NCBI GenBank assembly: GCA_964637385.1
Contig: CAZWTM010000002.1
Coordinates: forward strand, 30,150-94,149
Direction: 5' to 3'
DNA: 64,000 bases
Source: an uncultured Peptococcaceae bacterium
Lineage (GTDB): Bacteria > Bacillota > Peptococcia > DRI-13
The position numbers were made by a program, and so were the translations under genes. Below the pieces are notes generated by a model. It searched no databases and was not told the origin of the DNA. It worked only from the letters and a program-made list of their open reading frames with translations. How positions within the stretch are numbered: position 1 is the first letter of the stretch; each line of letters begins with the position of its first letter. This document shows, piece by piece, positions 31,162 to 41,778 of this stretch.

Positions 31162-33603
31162 ATGGCTACCATACGCGTACATGAATTGGCTAAAGATATG
31201 AATTTATCAAGTAAAGATCTGCTTGATAAATTACAGCAACTGGGTTTAAATATGAAAAACCACATGAGTACTATTCCTAGTGCAGAAGTAAATAGGATAA
31301 AGGCTATGGTGTTAAATCTTGAGAAAAATCGTAATTCCCAACCGGCCGAAGGGCCAAAACCAAAGGAACCGGAACGTAACACCGGTGCTACCAAACCTGA
31401 CCTATCCCAGCAGGTTAGGAAAGATAATAAACAAAACCAACTGAAGAACAACCAAAATCAGGGGCAAGAAAGGTCCAATATGCAGAATAATAAACCGCGA
31501 AAACATAATCAAGGACAAGGCCAGCAAAGTCAATTTGCACAAAATAATAAACTTCAACAAAAGCCTGCCGGGTCTCAGCAGGGAAATAAAAAGAATCCTG
31601 GCCCTCAAACTCTAAAATATAGCGAGGCAGCATTTACGGATACTTTTTATGATGATGAAGATGTTCTTTTAAATAAAGTAGAACGTGCTGTCGGTGAGAA
31701 AGCTTATGAACGGGGCGGTAAAACAAAATCACCTGCACGTAAGGTCACCAAATTTGACGAAAAAAAGACAGACAATAAAAAAGGCCCCAAAACCTTTGGG
31801 AAAGAAAAAAACCGGTTTAAACAAAATGCTAAAGAGCCTGCTCCTGTCGTAGTAAAACACATTACACTGGACGGTCCTGTCACTGTACAGGAATTTGCTC
31901 ACCTGCTTAACAAAAAAGCGGGAGATGTCATCAAAAAACTCTTAAGTTTGGGTGTCCTGGCTACCATTAACCAAGAACTTGATGTGGAAACTTTAATACT
32001 CCTTGGTGCGGAATTTGGTACCACAGTGGAAGTGAAGGCCTCTAAAGAAGAAATTCTTTTTGCTGAAGAACCCGATAATCCTGAGGAACTGCAAGAAAGA
32101 CCACCGGTTGTGACCATCATGGGCCACGTTGACCATGGCAAAACTTCCCTCTTAGATGTAATCAGACATACCAATGTTACTGCTTCGGAAGCCGGAGGCA
32201 TTACACAACATATTGGTGCTTACCAGGTAGAAGTCAATGGACGCAAAATCACCTTCCTTGATACTCCCGGTCATGAAGCTTTTACAGCCATGCGGGCTAG
32301 AGGCGCCCAGGTAACGGATATTGCGGTGTTAGTCGTTGCTGCCGATGATGGGGTTATGCCACAAACCATAGAGGCCATTAACCACGCCCAGGCTGCCAAT
32401 GTTCCCATTATTGTGGCCATTAATAAGATAGATAAAGAAAATGCCAACCCTGAACGTGTTAAACAGGAACTGACGGAATATGGTCTTGTTCCTGAGGAAT
32501 GGGGTGGGGAAACTATTTGTGTCAATGTTTCCGCCCATACCAAAGAAGGTTTGGAAAACCTGCTGGAAATGATTCTCCTGGTCGCAGAAGTAAAAGAACT
32601 GAAAGCCAATCCGAACAGAAAAGCGAAGGGTACTGTAATAGAGGCCAAGCTGGATAAGGGTCGGGGCCCTGTAGCGACTGTTTTGGTACAAAACGGTACC
32701 TTAGAAGTAGGGGACTTTATCATAGCGGGAACTACCCAAGGCCGTATCAGGGCCATGCAGGATGACAAGGGACGTCGTTTAAAGAAAGCTCCTCCTTCCA
32801 CACCCGTAGAAATTATCGGTCTTTCTGAAGTACCCCAGGCCGGCGACATCTTCCATGTTGTAGAAGATGAAAAATTAGCGAAACAAATTACCAGTGAGCG
32901 TTCCGCCTTGAAACGGGAAGAAGCCATCCAGTCCCGGGGCCGTGTTTCCCTTGACGATTTATTTGCCCGGATTCAGCAGGGTGAAGTAAAAGACCTCAAT
33001 ATTATTATCAAAGCTGATGTACAAGGATCTATCGAAGCCCTTAAACAGTCCCTGGAGAAACTAAGCAATAATGAAGTGAGGGTCAACATTATTCACCAGG
33101 GCGTAGGTGGTATCACGGAAACCGATGTCATGCTGGCTTCGGCATCTAACGCCATTATTATCGGTTTTAATGTCCGTCCCGATACCAATGCCCGTAAAGT
33201 AGCGGAAAATCAGCAAATCGATATTAGACTCTACCGTGTTATTTATAATGCCATTGAAGATGTAAAAGCTGCCATGAGCGGGCTTTTGAAACCCGAAATA
33301 CGTGAAGTTATTTTGGGACGGGCTGAAGTGAGAGCTACCTTCCGTGTACCTAAGGTAGGTGTGATTGCAGGTTGTTATGTTACCGAAGGCAAAATTGCGC
33401 GTAATGCCCAGGTACGTGTGATTAGAAACGGCATAGTAGTGTATGAAGGGGAGATTGAATCTTTAAAAAGATTTAAAGATGATGCCAGAGAAGTTAGTGC
33501 CGGATATGAATGTGGTATTGGCTTAGCCAAATTTCATGACATTCACGAAGGTGACCAGTTAGAAGCCTTTACTTTTGAAGAAATCAAAAGAGAACTCTCT
33601 TAG
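31162..33603 (+). CDS. infB: Translation initiation factor IF-2
   Basis: [25 protein letters not shown]-terminus, a low-complexity Q/N/K linker and a GTPase domain ([24 protein letters not shown]). Confidence 0.96.
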   Translation: MATIRVHELAKDMNLSSKDLLDKLQQLGLNMKNHMSTIPSAEVNRIKAMVLNLEKNRNSQPAEGPKPKEPERNTGATKPDLSQQVRKDNKQNQLKNNQNQGQERSNMQNNKPRKHNQGQGQQSQFAQNNKLQQKPAGSQQGNKKNPGPQTLKYSEAAFTDTFYDDEDVLLNKVERAVGEKAYERGGKTKSPARKVTKFDEKKTDNKKGPKTFGKEKNRFKQNAKEPAPVVVKHITLDGPVTVQEFAHLLNKKAGDVIKKLLSLGVLATINQELDVETLILLGAEFGTTVEVKASKEEILFAEEPDNPEELQERPPVVTIMGHVDHGKTSLLDVIRHTNVTASEAGGITQHIGAYQVEVNGRKITFLDTPGHEAFTAMRARGAQVTDIAVLVVAADDGVMPQTIEAINHAQAANVPIIVAINKIDKENANPERVKQELTEYGLVPEEWGGETICVNVSAHTKEGLENLLEMILLVAEVKELKANPNRKAKGTVIEAKLDKGRGPVATVLVQNGTLEVGDFIIAGTTQGRIRAMQDDKGRRLKKAPPSTPVEIIGLSEVPQAGDIFHVVEDEKLAKQITSERSALKREEAIQSRGRVSLDDLFARIQQGEVKDLNIIIKADVQGSIEALKQSLEKLSNNEVRVNIIHQGVGGITETDVMLASASNAIIIGFNVRPDTNARKVAENQQIDIRLYRVIYNAIEDVKAAMSGLLKPEIREVILGRAEVRATFRVPKVGVIAGCYVTEGKIARNAQVRVIRNGIVVYEGEIESLKRFKDDAREVSAGYECGIGLAKFHDIHEGDQLEAFTFEEIKRELS

Positions 33604-33616
33604 GAGGTAACATCCC

Positions 33617-33988
33617 ATGGCTAAGCATCGAGTCGGTCGCATTGCTGAAGAAATTAAGAGAGAAATTTCGCAAATGATTCGGGATGAAATCAAGGACCCG
33701 CGTGTTACCGGCTTAATTAGTGTAACTCAGGTCGAAGTAACCAATGACCTGAGTATAGCTAAAATCTACATCAGTCTCTTGGGTGACGAAGAAAAACGCA
33801 AAAACTGTCTCCAGGGGCTGGAAAAAGCCACTGGTTATATTCGTTCCGAATTGGCCAAAAGGTTAAAACTGCGTTATACACCGGAATTGGTCTTTAAAAT
33901 GGATGAATCTATCGCGTACGGGGCTAAAATCTCCAAAATTTTAGCCGAAGTGAATAAAACCGGAGGAGATTCCAACTCCGATGATTGA
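33617..33988 (+). CDS. rbfA: Ribosome-binding factor A
   Basis: RIAEEIKREISQMI...DPRV...VEVTNDLSIAKIY pattern, 123 aa. Confidence 0.93.
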   Translation: MAKHRVGRIAEEIKREISQMIRDEIKDPRVTGLISVTQVEVTNDLSIAKIYISLLGDEEKRKNCLQGLEKATGYIRSELAKRLKLRYTPELVFKMDESIAYGAKISKILAEVNKTGGDSNSDD

Positions 33989-34931
33989 CTGGCAAAACTT
34001 TTACATCCGTATCAGAGATAAAAAACAAATATATGTACTGATCCATGAAAAACCCGATGGTGATTGTCTAGGTACAGCTTTTGGCCTTTCCCTGTTTTTA
34101 AGGGAATTAGGTTTTGAAGCAATGATTTTGCATCCTGCGCCTATTCCCTCAATTTACACCTTTTTACCGGGACAGCATCATTTGAAGTTATGGAACGATG
34201 CCCTGCCGGACCATGCCCTTTTTGTGTGTGTAGATTGTACCGACTGGGAGAGAACCGGTTACGCTCTGCCGGAAAATCCTTATGTGATCAATGTTGATCA
34301 CCATGTCAGCAACCTAAACTACGGTCACTTAAACCTAGTGGATACTGCTGCTGCTGCCACAGGAGAGATTATCTATAAAATGATAAAAAGTTCTGGAAAG
34401 GCAATAATTCCTGATGTGGCTACCTGTCTCTACGTGGCACTGGTTACAGATACGGGTTCTTTTATTTACAGCAACACCACAGCCGAAAGTTTACGCATAG
34501 GCAGTGAACTGGTCATGATGGGTGCAAACATCAATACCATCCGGCAAAACCTTTATGAGAAAAGGCCCCTGGCCGAATTGCTTACGGTCAAGTTAGCGTT
34601 AAACAACCTCTCCTTATCGGCAAATGGCAAAATCATCGCCGCTTTTATCACTTATGATGAAATGAAGGCCCATGATTTGCTGGACGCTGATACAGATGGT
34701 TTAGTCAGTATGCTGAGGTCAATTGACGGGGTGGAAGTTGCCCTGCTTTTGAAGGAGCTTACACCCGGGCATATCAAGGTTAGTTTACGTTCAAAACTTG
34801 CCTTCGATGTAAATCTTTTAGCTCAGAAGTTTGGCGGTGGAGGCCATCCGCGGGCCGCCGGTTTTGTCACCTCTGGCAGAATAAATGACGTTAGAGATGT
34901 TGTCGTAAAAATGATAGAAAACACGTTTTAA
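33981..34931 (+). CDS. nrnA: DHH/DHHA1 phosphoesterase (NrnA-like oligoribonuclease / pAp phosphatase)
   Basis: HEKPDGDCLG, VDHH, VTDTGSF and the DHHA1 motif GGGGHPRAAG. Confidence 0.85.
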   Translation: MIDWQNFYIRIRDKKQIYVLIHEKPDGDCLGTAFGLSLFLRELGFEAMILHPAPIPSIYTFLPGQHHLKLWNDALPDHALFVCVDCTDWERTGYALPENPYVINVDHHVSNLNYGHLNLVDTAAAATGEIIYKMIKSSGKAIIPDVATCLYVALVTDTGSFIYSNTTAESLRIGSELVMMGANINTIRQNLYEKRPLAELLTVKLALNNLSLSANGKIIAAFITYDEMKAHDLLDADTDGLVSMLRSIDGVEVALLLKELTPGHIKVSLRSKLAFDVNLLAQKFGGGGHPRAAGFVTSGRINDVRDVVVKMIENTF

Positions 34932-34944
34932 GGGGCTTCATTTT

Positions 34945-35826
34945 ATGGATGGGTTGATTAACGTATTAAAACCTCCGGGAATGACATCCCATGATGTTGT
35001 TTCCTTCTTAAGGCGCCAATTCCAGCAAAAAAGAATAGGTCATGCCGGCACTCTTGACCCCCAGGCTGCAGGCGTATTACCGGTTTGTCTGGGACAAGCT
35101 ACCCGGCTCGTGGAATACTTGAGTTATGATCATAAAGAATATCTTTGTGAGTTAACTTTAGGGATTACAACGACTACCCAGGATGCCTGGGGTGAAATCA
35201 TCCACCGGGAAGACGCAAATCAGATAACACTTCCAAGGATTGAAGAAGTGCTATGTTCCTTTGAGGGTGAAATATGCCAAATTCCCCCCATGTATTCGGC
35301 TGTAAAACGAGATGGTGTGCCTTTATATAAACTGGCCCGTAAGGGAGAAGAAATAGAAAGGGCTCCCAGGAAAATATATATTAAAAAAATTACCCTTTTA
35401 GATTACCAGCATCCCCAATTATTCATCCTTGTCAATTGTTCCAAGGGAACTTACATCAGGACACTATGTCACGATATTGGCAGCGCTTTAGGTGTGGGGG
35501 GCATCATGTCATTCTTGCTGCGCACCAGGGTAGGCAATTTTACCCTGGAACAAAGTTTTACTTTAGAAGAAATACAAGAGTTAAAAGAAGCCGTGCTCCT
35601 TCCGTTAACATCCGCCCTTGTCGGCTTACCCAAAATATATTTATCTTTAGATGATATTAGCCGGCTTAAAACCGGTCAAATGGTCCACTATGTCCAGGAA
35701 CCCCCTGGAAAAGAGTCAGCTGCTGTACTGGATGAAAAGCAAAATTTCCATGCTATTGTCTCTATTCATAAGGGGACAAATGGTAATTGGATTTTAAAGC
35801 CCAAAAAAGTATTTCATTTGGAGTAG
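34945..35826 (+). CDS. truB: tRNA pseudouridine-55 synthase
   Basis: GLINVLKPPGMTSHD and the catalytic GHAGTLDP motif, plus a C-terminal PUA-like region. Confidence 0.93.
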   Translation: MDGLINVLKPPGMTSHDVVSFLRRQFQQKRIGHAGTLDPQAAGVLPVCLGQATRLVEYLSYDHKEYLCELTLGITTTTQDAWGEIIHREDANQITLPRIEEVLCSFEGEICQIPPMYSAVKRDGVPLYKLARKGEEIERAPRKIYIKKITLLDYQHPQLFILVNCSKGTYIRTLCHDIGSALGVGGIMSFLLRTRVGNFTLEQSFTLEEIQELKEAVLLPLTSALVGLPKIYLSLDDISRLKTGQMVHYVQEPPGKESAAVLDEKQNFHAIVSIHKGTNGNWILKPKKVFHLE

Positions 35827-35829
35827 GTC

Positions 35830-36792
35830 ATGAGGTTGCTAAAAAGTATAGAAGAGGCCCTTCTTTATTCTCAGGAGACGGTAATGGCCCTGGGAAATTT
35901 TGATGGTGTGCATAAAGGTCACCAAACCTTAATTAAAAAGTGTATTGCGGAAGGTAAGAAAGGGATAGGGATCCCTTCTGTGTTAATACTGGATCCTCAT
36001 CCCTCCCTTTTATTAAGTAAAAGTAACTTTAAACTGATTAATACCACAGAACAGAAGATCAGATTGATCGAACAGTTGGGTATAGAAAATATTTTTTTAC
36101 TACCTTTTGACGATAAATTAGCCAATGTTAGGCCGGAAGAGTTTGCCCTCAATTATTTGCGAGGAATTTTTAAAGCCAGAAAAGTCATCGTTGGTTTCAA
36201 CTATTCCTTTGGGCAAAGAGGTGTAGGGACTCCCGCTTTACTAAAGGACCTGGGTGCAAAAATGGGTTTTGCTGTGGAGATAGTCCAACCCGTTATGTGC
36301 CAAGGAGAAATCGTCAGTTCTACTTTAATTAGAGAAAAATTGCAAAAGGGTGATATAGAAGGCGCGCAAAAATTATTGGGTTACTGGCCTATTCTTGGCG
36401 GGAAGGTAATTCCGGGAGAACAAAGAGGGCGCGTTTTAGGCTTTCCCACAGCCAATCTTGAACTTCCCGATTATTTGCTCTTACCGGCCTTGGGCGTTTA
36501 TGCTGCCATAGCCAATTATAAAAGTAACTTTATCCCGGCCATTGTGAACATCGGTATAAAACCCACCTTTAACGGCAGTAAAATATCTACAGAAGTTCAT
36601 TTATTAGATTACGAACAGAATCTTTATAATGAGTATTTGGAAATAAGCTTATTGAAACATATACGCCCCGAACAAAAGTTTCATGATATCAGCCAGCTGA
36701 AGCAGCAAATAGCCTGTGACATCAAAGCAGTAAGGGCCATGTTTCAAGAATTTAAAAATTATTTTGCTCATATTTCCCTTAACCCCAAATAA
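35830..36792 (+). CDS. ribF: Bifunctional riboflavin kinase / FMN adenylyltransferase
   Basis: GNFDGVHKGHQ nucleotidyltransferase motif, and a kinase domain with GRVLGFPTANL and EVHLLDY. Confidence 0.9.
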   Translation: MRLLKSIEEALLYSQETVMALGNFDGVHKGHQTLIKKCIAEGKKGIGIPSVLILDPHPSLLLSKSNFKLINTTEQKIRLIEQLGIENIFLLPFDDKLANVRPEEFALNYLRGIFKARKVIVGFNYSFGQRGVGTPALLKDLGAKMGFAVEIVQPVMCQGEIVSSTLIREKLQKGDIEGAQKLLGYWPILGGKVIPGEQRGRVLGFPTANLELPDYLLLPALGVYAAIANYKSNFIPAIVNIGIKPTFNGSKISTEVHLLDYEQNLYNEYLEISLLKHIRPEQKFHDISQLKQQIACDIKAVRAMFQEFKNYFAHISLNPK

Positions 36793-36825
36793 AATTGTAA
36801 TACCTGAGAGCGGAGGAGGGGTAAT

Positions 36826-37041
36826 ATGGTGCATGTACATGAAACCCATTATAAATCCCAATCTACTACCCAATTAGTGGTAGATATCATATTCAACCAG
36901 GAGTTTAATTCTTTATGTAATGAATTAGTACGCATCTATAAAAAGGCCAGCATAGATAAACCGGAGCAGGAAGCATTTCAAGATGCCTTTTACAGTATTC
37001 TGACGCAAAGGGATGCACAAGTGAGAGCCTTATCACTGTAA
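36826..37041 (+). CDS. Small hypothetical protein (71 aa), first gene of a two-gene cassette
   Basis: Very strong RBS (GGAGGAGGGG). The sequence looks predicted-helical. I recognised no family. Confidence 0.55.
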   Translation: MVHVHETHYKSQSTTQLVVDIIFNQEFNSLCNELVRIYKKASIDKPEQEAFQDAFYSILTQRDAQVRALSL

Positions 37042-37055
37042 GGTAGGGCTGTCAT

Positions 37056-37277
37056 ATGAGAGTGATTATTACGGATCATGCCAAAAAACGCTTAAAAGAT
37101 TATCGCCAGGACAGGATTACGGTTTCTGATATCATTCATGCCGTAAACCAAATTCCTGGCCATGTCCCTACAGCTACACGTTTTCGGGGTTTTATCAGCA
37201 AATCAGGTCGTGTGTTCGATGTTGTGGCCAAAGATATTCCTAATGGCAGGCTGGTCATCACGATTATTGGCAAATAG
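37056..37277 (+). CDS. Small hypothetical protein (73 aa), DUF4258-like pattern (candidate toxin)
   Basis: It starts 14 nt after the upstream ORF. The N-terminal IITDHAKKRLKDYRQDRITVSDIIHAV and the C-terminal LVITIIGK resemble the DUF4258 layout as I remember it. Confidence 0.5.
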   Translation: MRVIITDHAKKRLKDYRQDRITVSDIIHAVNQIPGHVPTATRFRGFISKSGRVFDVVAKDIPNGRLVITIIGK

Positions 37278-37287
37278 ACGAATAAAC

Positions 37288-37316
37288 TTGCAATGATCAC
37301 AAGATTAGCTTATAAT
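37288..37316 (+). promoter_or_regulatory. Candidate sigma-A promoter of rpsO
   Basis: TTGCAA, 17-nt spacer, consensus TATAAT. Confidence 0.6.
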
Positions 37317-37402
37317 ACATCTGGTAAGTATACCGTACGCTAGGTTAATCGCTTCACCAACGTTTAACTTGGGTACGGCGGATAGATAAGGAGGTGAACA
37401 CT

Positions 37403-37672
37403 ATGGCCATGGAGCAATCAAGGAAAAACGAAATTATTAGCAAGTATCGTGTTCATGAAAATGACACTGGTTCCCCCGAAGTACAAATTGCGCTCCTTAC
37501 AGAAAGAATCAACTATTTAACTGAGCATTTGCAGAAACATAAAAAGGACCACCATTCTCGTCGTGGCCTGCTTAAAATGGTTGGACAGCGCAGGGGTTTA
37601 CTTAATTATTTAAAAGAAAAAGATCTGGACAGGTACAGAAACATCATCGAAAGTCTTGGCATCAGAAGGTAG
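37403..37672 (+). CDS. rpsO: 30S ribosomal protein S15
   Basis: [44 protein letters not shown] precedes the ATG at 37403. Confidence 0.95.
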   Translation: MAMEQSRKNEIISKYRVHENDTGSPEVQIALLTERINYLTEHLQKHKKDHHSRRGLLKMVGQRRGLLNYLKEKDLDRYRNIIESLGIRR

Positions 37673-37681
37673 GGCGGATAA

Positions 37682-37706
37682 TCCGCCCCCTTTTTTAATG
37701 TGTAGA
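37682..37706 (+). terminator. Rho-independent terminator after rpsO
   Basis: GGGCGGA / TCCGCCC stem followed by CCTTTTTT. Confidence 0.85.
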
Positions 37707-37748
37707 AAAATAAGAGGGCGTTGTGTGGTAACCCCGATACATTTTCCG

Positions 37749-37776
37749 GGTAGCTGGTAACAGGTGGCAGGCAGCA
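37749..37776 (+). repeat. Four tandem heptads GGTAGCT GGTAACA GGTGGCA GGCAGCA in the rpsO-pnp intergenic region
   Basis: Direct reading shows GGN at strict 7-nt periodicity. Confidence 0.8.
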
Positions 37777-37909
37777 AAAACTGCGGAAGAGCTTTTGTCT
37801 TCATGTTGGTTCTGGTATTTTTTACTCTGGCGGAAGGAAATAATATAAACAGTGTAGAATAGTCACTATTTGATAAGAAAAAGGATGATATGAATTATAG
37901 GGAGGTTTT

Positions 37910-40045
37910 TTGACACAAATGGATGATCAAAACAAAATACTTGTAAAGCAACTGGAGATAGGCGGAAGGATATTGCAGCTGGAAACAGGAAGGCTGGCCA
38001 AGCAGGCAAGTGGTGCTGTACTCGTTCGATACGGGGATACCTGTGTCCTGGCAACAGCAACCTCATCTGCTGAGCCGCGGGAAGGGATTGACTTTTTTCC
38101 TTTAACCGTTGATTATGAGGAAAGACTCTATTCAGTAGGAAAGATTCCTGGTGGTTTTATTAAAAGAGAAGGTAGGCCCAGTGAGAAGGCAATTCTCTCC
38201 AGCCGTCTCATTGACAGGCCCATTAGACCTTTATTCCCTAAAGGGTATAGAAATGATGTCCATATTGTGGCTACGGTAATGTCTGTAGACCAGGATAATT
38301 CCCCGGATGTAACGGCTATGGTAGGCGCTTCGGCAGCACTACATATTTCCGAAATTCCTTTTCAAGGGCCTATTGGGGCAGTGGCGGTAGGTTACGTAGA
38401 CGGGGAATTCATTATTAATCCTACGATTGTGCAAAACGAGGCCAGCAGCCTTCATCTTGTGGTGGCTGGAACCAAAGATGCTGTCATGATGGTGGAAGCA
38501 GGAGCCAATGAAGTCCCGGAAGAAATCTGTTTAGAAGCCATTATGTTCGGCCATGAGAAGATTAAAGAAATTGTAGTTTTTATAGAAGAATTTAGACAGG
38601 AAGCATTGGCCCTTGGAATTGCCAAAGAAAAGAAAGAGCCCAATATCTATGTGATCGATGCGGAACTGGAACAGGCTGTAAGAGAATATGCCACCCAACC
38701 CCTGCAGGAGGCTATCATCATTAAGGACAAGCTGGAACGTGAGGAAGCTATTGCTAAAGTCAAGGATGAAGCACTAACTAAATTTATGGAAATTTACCCT
38801 GAGCAGATTAAAGACATTAAAACTGTTCTTGATAGCATTGTTAAGGAATATGTCCGTAAGCTCATTACTGTTGATAAAATTAGACCTGATGGCCGGGCTA
38901 CCGATGAGATCCGTCCTATTACCTGCGAAGTAGGTGTATTACCACGCACTCATGGGAGCGGTCTTTTTACCCGTGGACAGACCCAAGTGCTGACCATTAC
39001 GACACTGGGCGCCATCGGTGAAGAGCAAATTCTTGACGGGCTGGGTGTAGAGGAATCAAAACGTTATATGCACCACTACAATTTCCCGCCTTACAGCGTA
39101 GGTGAGGCCAGACCCATGCGTGGCCCCGGAAGAAGAGAAATCGGACATGGTGCCTTAGCCGAAAGAGCCTTAGAACCAATGATTCCCTCGGAAGAGGAGT
39201 TCCCTTACACCATCAGGTTAGTGTCAGAAGTACTGGAATCCAACGGGTCCACTTCCATGGGCAGTGTCTGTGGGAGCACCCTTTCTTTAATGGATGCCGG
39301 AGTACCTATTAAAGCCCCTGTATCCGGTGTAGCTATGGGCTTGATCAAAGAAGGCGACCACTATACCATACTTACAGACATACAGGGTATGGAAGACGCT
39401 TTAGGAGACATGGATTTTAAAGTAGCAGGCACGGCTAAAGGGGTTACGGCTATTCAAATGGACATCAAAATCCCCGGCATTGATAGAAATATCCTGAAGG
39501 ACGCTCTGGAACAAGCCCGTAAAGGTCGTCTCTTTATTTTGGAAAAAATGCTGGTAACCATCAAAGAGCCTCGTCCCGATTTGTCTCCCTATGCCCCCCG
39601 TATCCTAACCACTGTCATCGATCCCGATAAAATTAGGGATGTTATTGGTCCTGGGGGAAAGACCATCAAGAAAATTATTGAGGATACCGGCGTAAAAATC
39701 GATATTGAAGATGATGGTCGGGTCTTTATTGCTGCAGTTGATGTTGAAGCGGGGAAAAAGGCCTTGCGGATTATTGAGGATTTAACGCGGGATGTGGAAG
39801 TAGGGAAAATTTACATAGGCAAAGTAACGCGAATCACCAATTTCGGTGCCTTTGTGGAAATTATGCCGGGCAAAGAAGGACTGGTGCACATTTCCCACCT
39901 GGCCGAGGAAAGAGTAGGCAAAGTTGAGGATGTTGTCTCCATCGGTGATGAGATTCTGGTAAGGGTTACGGAAATAGACAGACAAGGCAGGATAAACTTA
40001 TCACGGAAGGAAGCATTACGGAAGCAAAGGACTATGTCACAATAA
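37910..40045 (+). CDS. pnp: Polynucleotide phosphorylase
   Basis: Two RNase PH domains ([37 protein letters not shown]), a KH domain ([10 protein letters not shown]) and an S1 domain ([17 protein letters not shown]). The start is TTG at 37910 or ATG at 37919. Confidence 0.95.
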   Translation: MTQMDDQNKILVKQLEIGGRILQLETGRLAKQASGAVLVRYGDTCVLATATSSAEPREGIDFFPLTVDYEERLYSVGKIPGGFIKREGRPSEKAILSSRLIDRPIRPLFPKGYRNDVHIVATVMSVDQDNSPDVTAMVGASAALHISEIPFQGPIGAVAVGYVDGEFIINPTIVQNEASSLHLVVAGTKDAVMMVEAGANEVPEEICLEAIMFGHEKIKEIVVFIEEFRQEALALGIAKEKKEPNIYVIDAELEQAVREYATQPLQEAIIIKDKLEREEAIAKVKDEALTKFMEIYPEQIKDIKTVLDSIVKEYVRKLITVDKIRPDGRATDEIRPITCEVGVLPRTHGSGLFTRGQTQVLTITTLGAIGEEQILDGLGVEESKRYMHHYNFPPYSVGEARPMRGPGRREIGHGALAERALEPMIPSEEEFPYTIRLVSEVLESNGSTSMGSVCGSTLSLMDAGVPIKAPVSGVAMGLIKEGDHYTILTDIQGMEDALGDMDFKVAGTAKGVTAIQMDIKIPGIDRNILKDALEQARKGRLFILEKMLVTIKEPRPDLSPYAPRILTTVIDPDKIRDVIGPGGKTIKKIIEDTGVKIDIEDDGRVFIAAVDVEAGKKALRIIEDLTRDVEVGKIYIGKVTRITNFGAFVEIMPGKEGLVHISHLAEERVGKVEDVVSIGDEILVRVTEIDRQGRINLSRKEALRKQRTMSQ

Positions 40046-40063
40046 TCGTATTGGAAAAAATAT

Positions 40064-40092
40064 AAGCGATTGGCAAAATCGCTTTATTTTTA
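40064..40092 (+). terminator. Rho-independent terminator after pnp
   Basis: AAGCGATT / AATCGCTT stem followed by TATTTTTAT. Confidence 0.8.
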
Positions 40093-40174
40093 TGTGGAAG
40101 TATAACTCTTTGATTATTCACCCCATTTCCTGCATATAGATTACTTGACACTATATCATGGGGGTGAATTTTCC

Positions 40175-40876
40175 ATGTATATCATTTTTTTTAGGAAAAA
40201 GCATCTTTTATTATTCATAGGGTTTATCCTGGTATTAGTGCTGGGCTGCTTTCTGTATTTTTATTTTAGAGAAAAATCTGTTCCTGCTGTCAATCCTATT
40301 TACCTGGGTAACACGCAAAACAAGGCTATGGCTTTTACCATCAATGTGGATTGGGGAGAAGATATCCTGCCGGGGATGCTGGAAGTTTTTCGCAGTAAAA
40401 ATGTTAAAGGGACATTTTTTATCACGGGAAGATTTGCCAAAAAGTTTCCCGGCATAGTGCAGCAAATAGCGAAAGAAGACCATGAAATAGGTAATCATGG
40501 CTACTCCCATCCCCACGCCGATAACCTTAGCCTGGAACAAAACAAAAAAGAAATAGCGGATACAGAAAAAGTTTTACAGGAGTTAGGAATTACCGTCAGC
40601 AAAATTTTTGCTCCACCGTACGGTGAACATAAACCCCATGTGGTCTCTGCAGCAGAAGCTTTGGGTTATAAAACCATCATGTGGACGGCTGATACTGTAG
40701 ATTGGCAAAATCCTTCTCCTGAATTACTAAAACAAAGGATTCTCTCTAAAGCTGATAATGGCGTCATTGTGCTAATGCATCCCAAAAAATGCACCCTTAA
40801 TGCTTTACCATCCTTAATCGATGCCTTACAAAGTAAAGGTTTTGCTCTGAAAAAAGTTACTGAAATCTTACCATAA
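40175..40876 (+). CDS. Polysaccharide deacetylase (NodB homology; YlxY/PdaB-like)
   Basis: N-terminal TM helix, FTINVDWGE and IGNHGYSHP NodB motifs. Same position as B. subtilis ylxY after pnp. Confidence 0.85.
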   Translation: MYIIFFRKKHLLLFIGFILVLVLGCFLYFYFREKSVPAVNPIYLGNTQNKAMAFTINVDWGEDILPGMLEVFRSKNVKGTFFITGRFAKKFPGIVQQIAKEDHEIGNHGYSHPHADNLSLEQNKKEIADTEKVLQELGITVSKIFAPPYGEHKPHVVSAAEALGYKTIMWTADTVDWQNPSPELLKQRILSKADNGVIVLMHPKKCTLNALPSLIDALQSKGFALKKVTEILP

Positions 40877-40942
40877 CACCATATTTATTTTCCAGGCTAA
40901 TATAGGTCATACTAAAGGCAAAGACAGACACAAGGTGATATA

Positions 40943-41752
40943 ATGCTAAAAAAGTTCATCTATATTTTCAGTATTAGTTTTTGCTTATTCTTCCCTTTAC
41001 AGGCAAGAGGGGAAGGACCTGTTGTCTACGCCAAATCTGCCGTATTGCTGGATGTGGAAACAGGGGACATTATTTTTCAAAAAGATTGTTTTAAACCTAT
41101 GCCGCCGGCAAGCACTACGAAAATTTTAACGGCCATTCTGGCCCTGGAGACAGGAAAAACTCAGGAAATTGTCGAAGTAAGCCCAAGAGCTGCAGCTACA
41201 GGTGAAGCAGCTCTGGGGCTTACTGCAGGCGACAAGATTACCCTCTCCAATCTCATCCATGCTGCTCTCATAAGGTCTGGCAATGACAGTTGTGTAGCTA
41301 TTGCCGAAGGATTGGCCCCCAGTGTTGAAGAATTTGTGGGTTTGATGAACTTAAAAGCAAAAGCCATAGGGGCCTGGCAAACAGACTTTTATAATCCCCA
41401 TGGTTTACCACACCCCCAGCATCTTTCCTCAGCTTATGATTTAGCGCTTATTGGTCGTTATGCCCTGAAAAATTCGACGTTTTCCGAAATCGTCAAAAAA
41501 AAATATTACGAGGTACGCTGGGAAAGTCCTGTGCAAAGCAAATTGATTAAGAACACCAATCGTTTGTTATGGACTTATCCCTTAGCTACGGGGATTAAAA
41601 CTGGTACGACGTTAAAAGCAGGGAAGTGCCTGGTGGCCTCAGCTGAATACAAGGGTCGTGCTGTAATTGCGGTAGTCTTGAATACAAAAGACCGCTTCGG
41701 AGATGCTAAAAGATTATTGGAGTATGGCTTACGCCAACTAAATAGTTATTAA
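40943..41752 (+). CDS. D-alanyl-D-alanine carboxypeptidase (peptidase S11, low-MW PBP)
   Basis: Signal peptide, SxxK (PASTTKI), SxN (RSGND) and KTG (IKTGTT) motifs. Confidence 0.88.
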   Translation: MLKKFIYIFSISFCLFFPLQARGEGPVVYAKSAVLLDVETGDIIFQKDCFKPMPPASTTKILTAILALETGKTQEIVEVSPRAAATGEAALGLTAGDKITLSNLIHAALIRSGNDSCVAIAEGLAPSVEEFVGLMNLKAKAIGAWQTDFYNPHGLPHPQHLSSAYDLALIGRYALKNSTFSEIVKKKYYEVRWESPVQSKLIKNTNRLLWTYPLATGIKTGTTLKAGKCLVASAEYKGRAVIAVVLNTKDRFGDAKRLLEYGLRQLNSY

Positions 41753-41778
41753 ATCTTGCAAAGTAAAGGGGATTCTCT

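Noticed and set aside
31330-31830. Low-complexity Q/N/K-rich segment in the infB product, considered as a possible insertion or repeat expansion.
   Set aside because: The N-terminal linker of IF-2 is naturally hypervariable and low-complexity. The reading frame is continuous and the flanking domains are normal.
35436-35654. Alternative-frame + strand ORFs inside truB (35436-35654), cheA (5954-6169), ftsK (50697-50996), ygiQ (56067-56261) and rimO (56555-56743, 56849-57067, 57359-57562).
   Set aside because: They are fully embedded out of frame in strongly supported genes, with no RBS and no recognisable protein features.
40046-40174. Inverted repeat ATTCACCCC...GGGGTGAAT and CATATAGAT-like element upstream of the deacetylase gene, considered as a sporulation sigma (E/K) promoter. 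Also considered: a CATACTA -10-like element upstream of the DD-carboxypeptidase gene (about 40900).
   Set aside because: The matches to SigE/SigK/SigG consensus are partial, and the -35 partners are not convincing by eye. They are not supportable without a position-weight-matrix scan or expression data.
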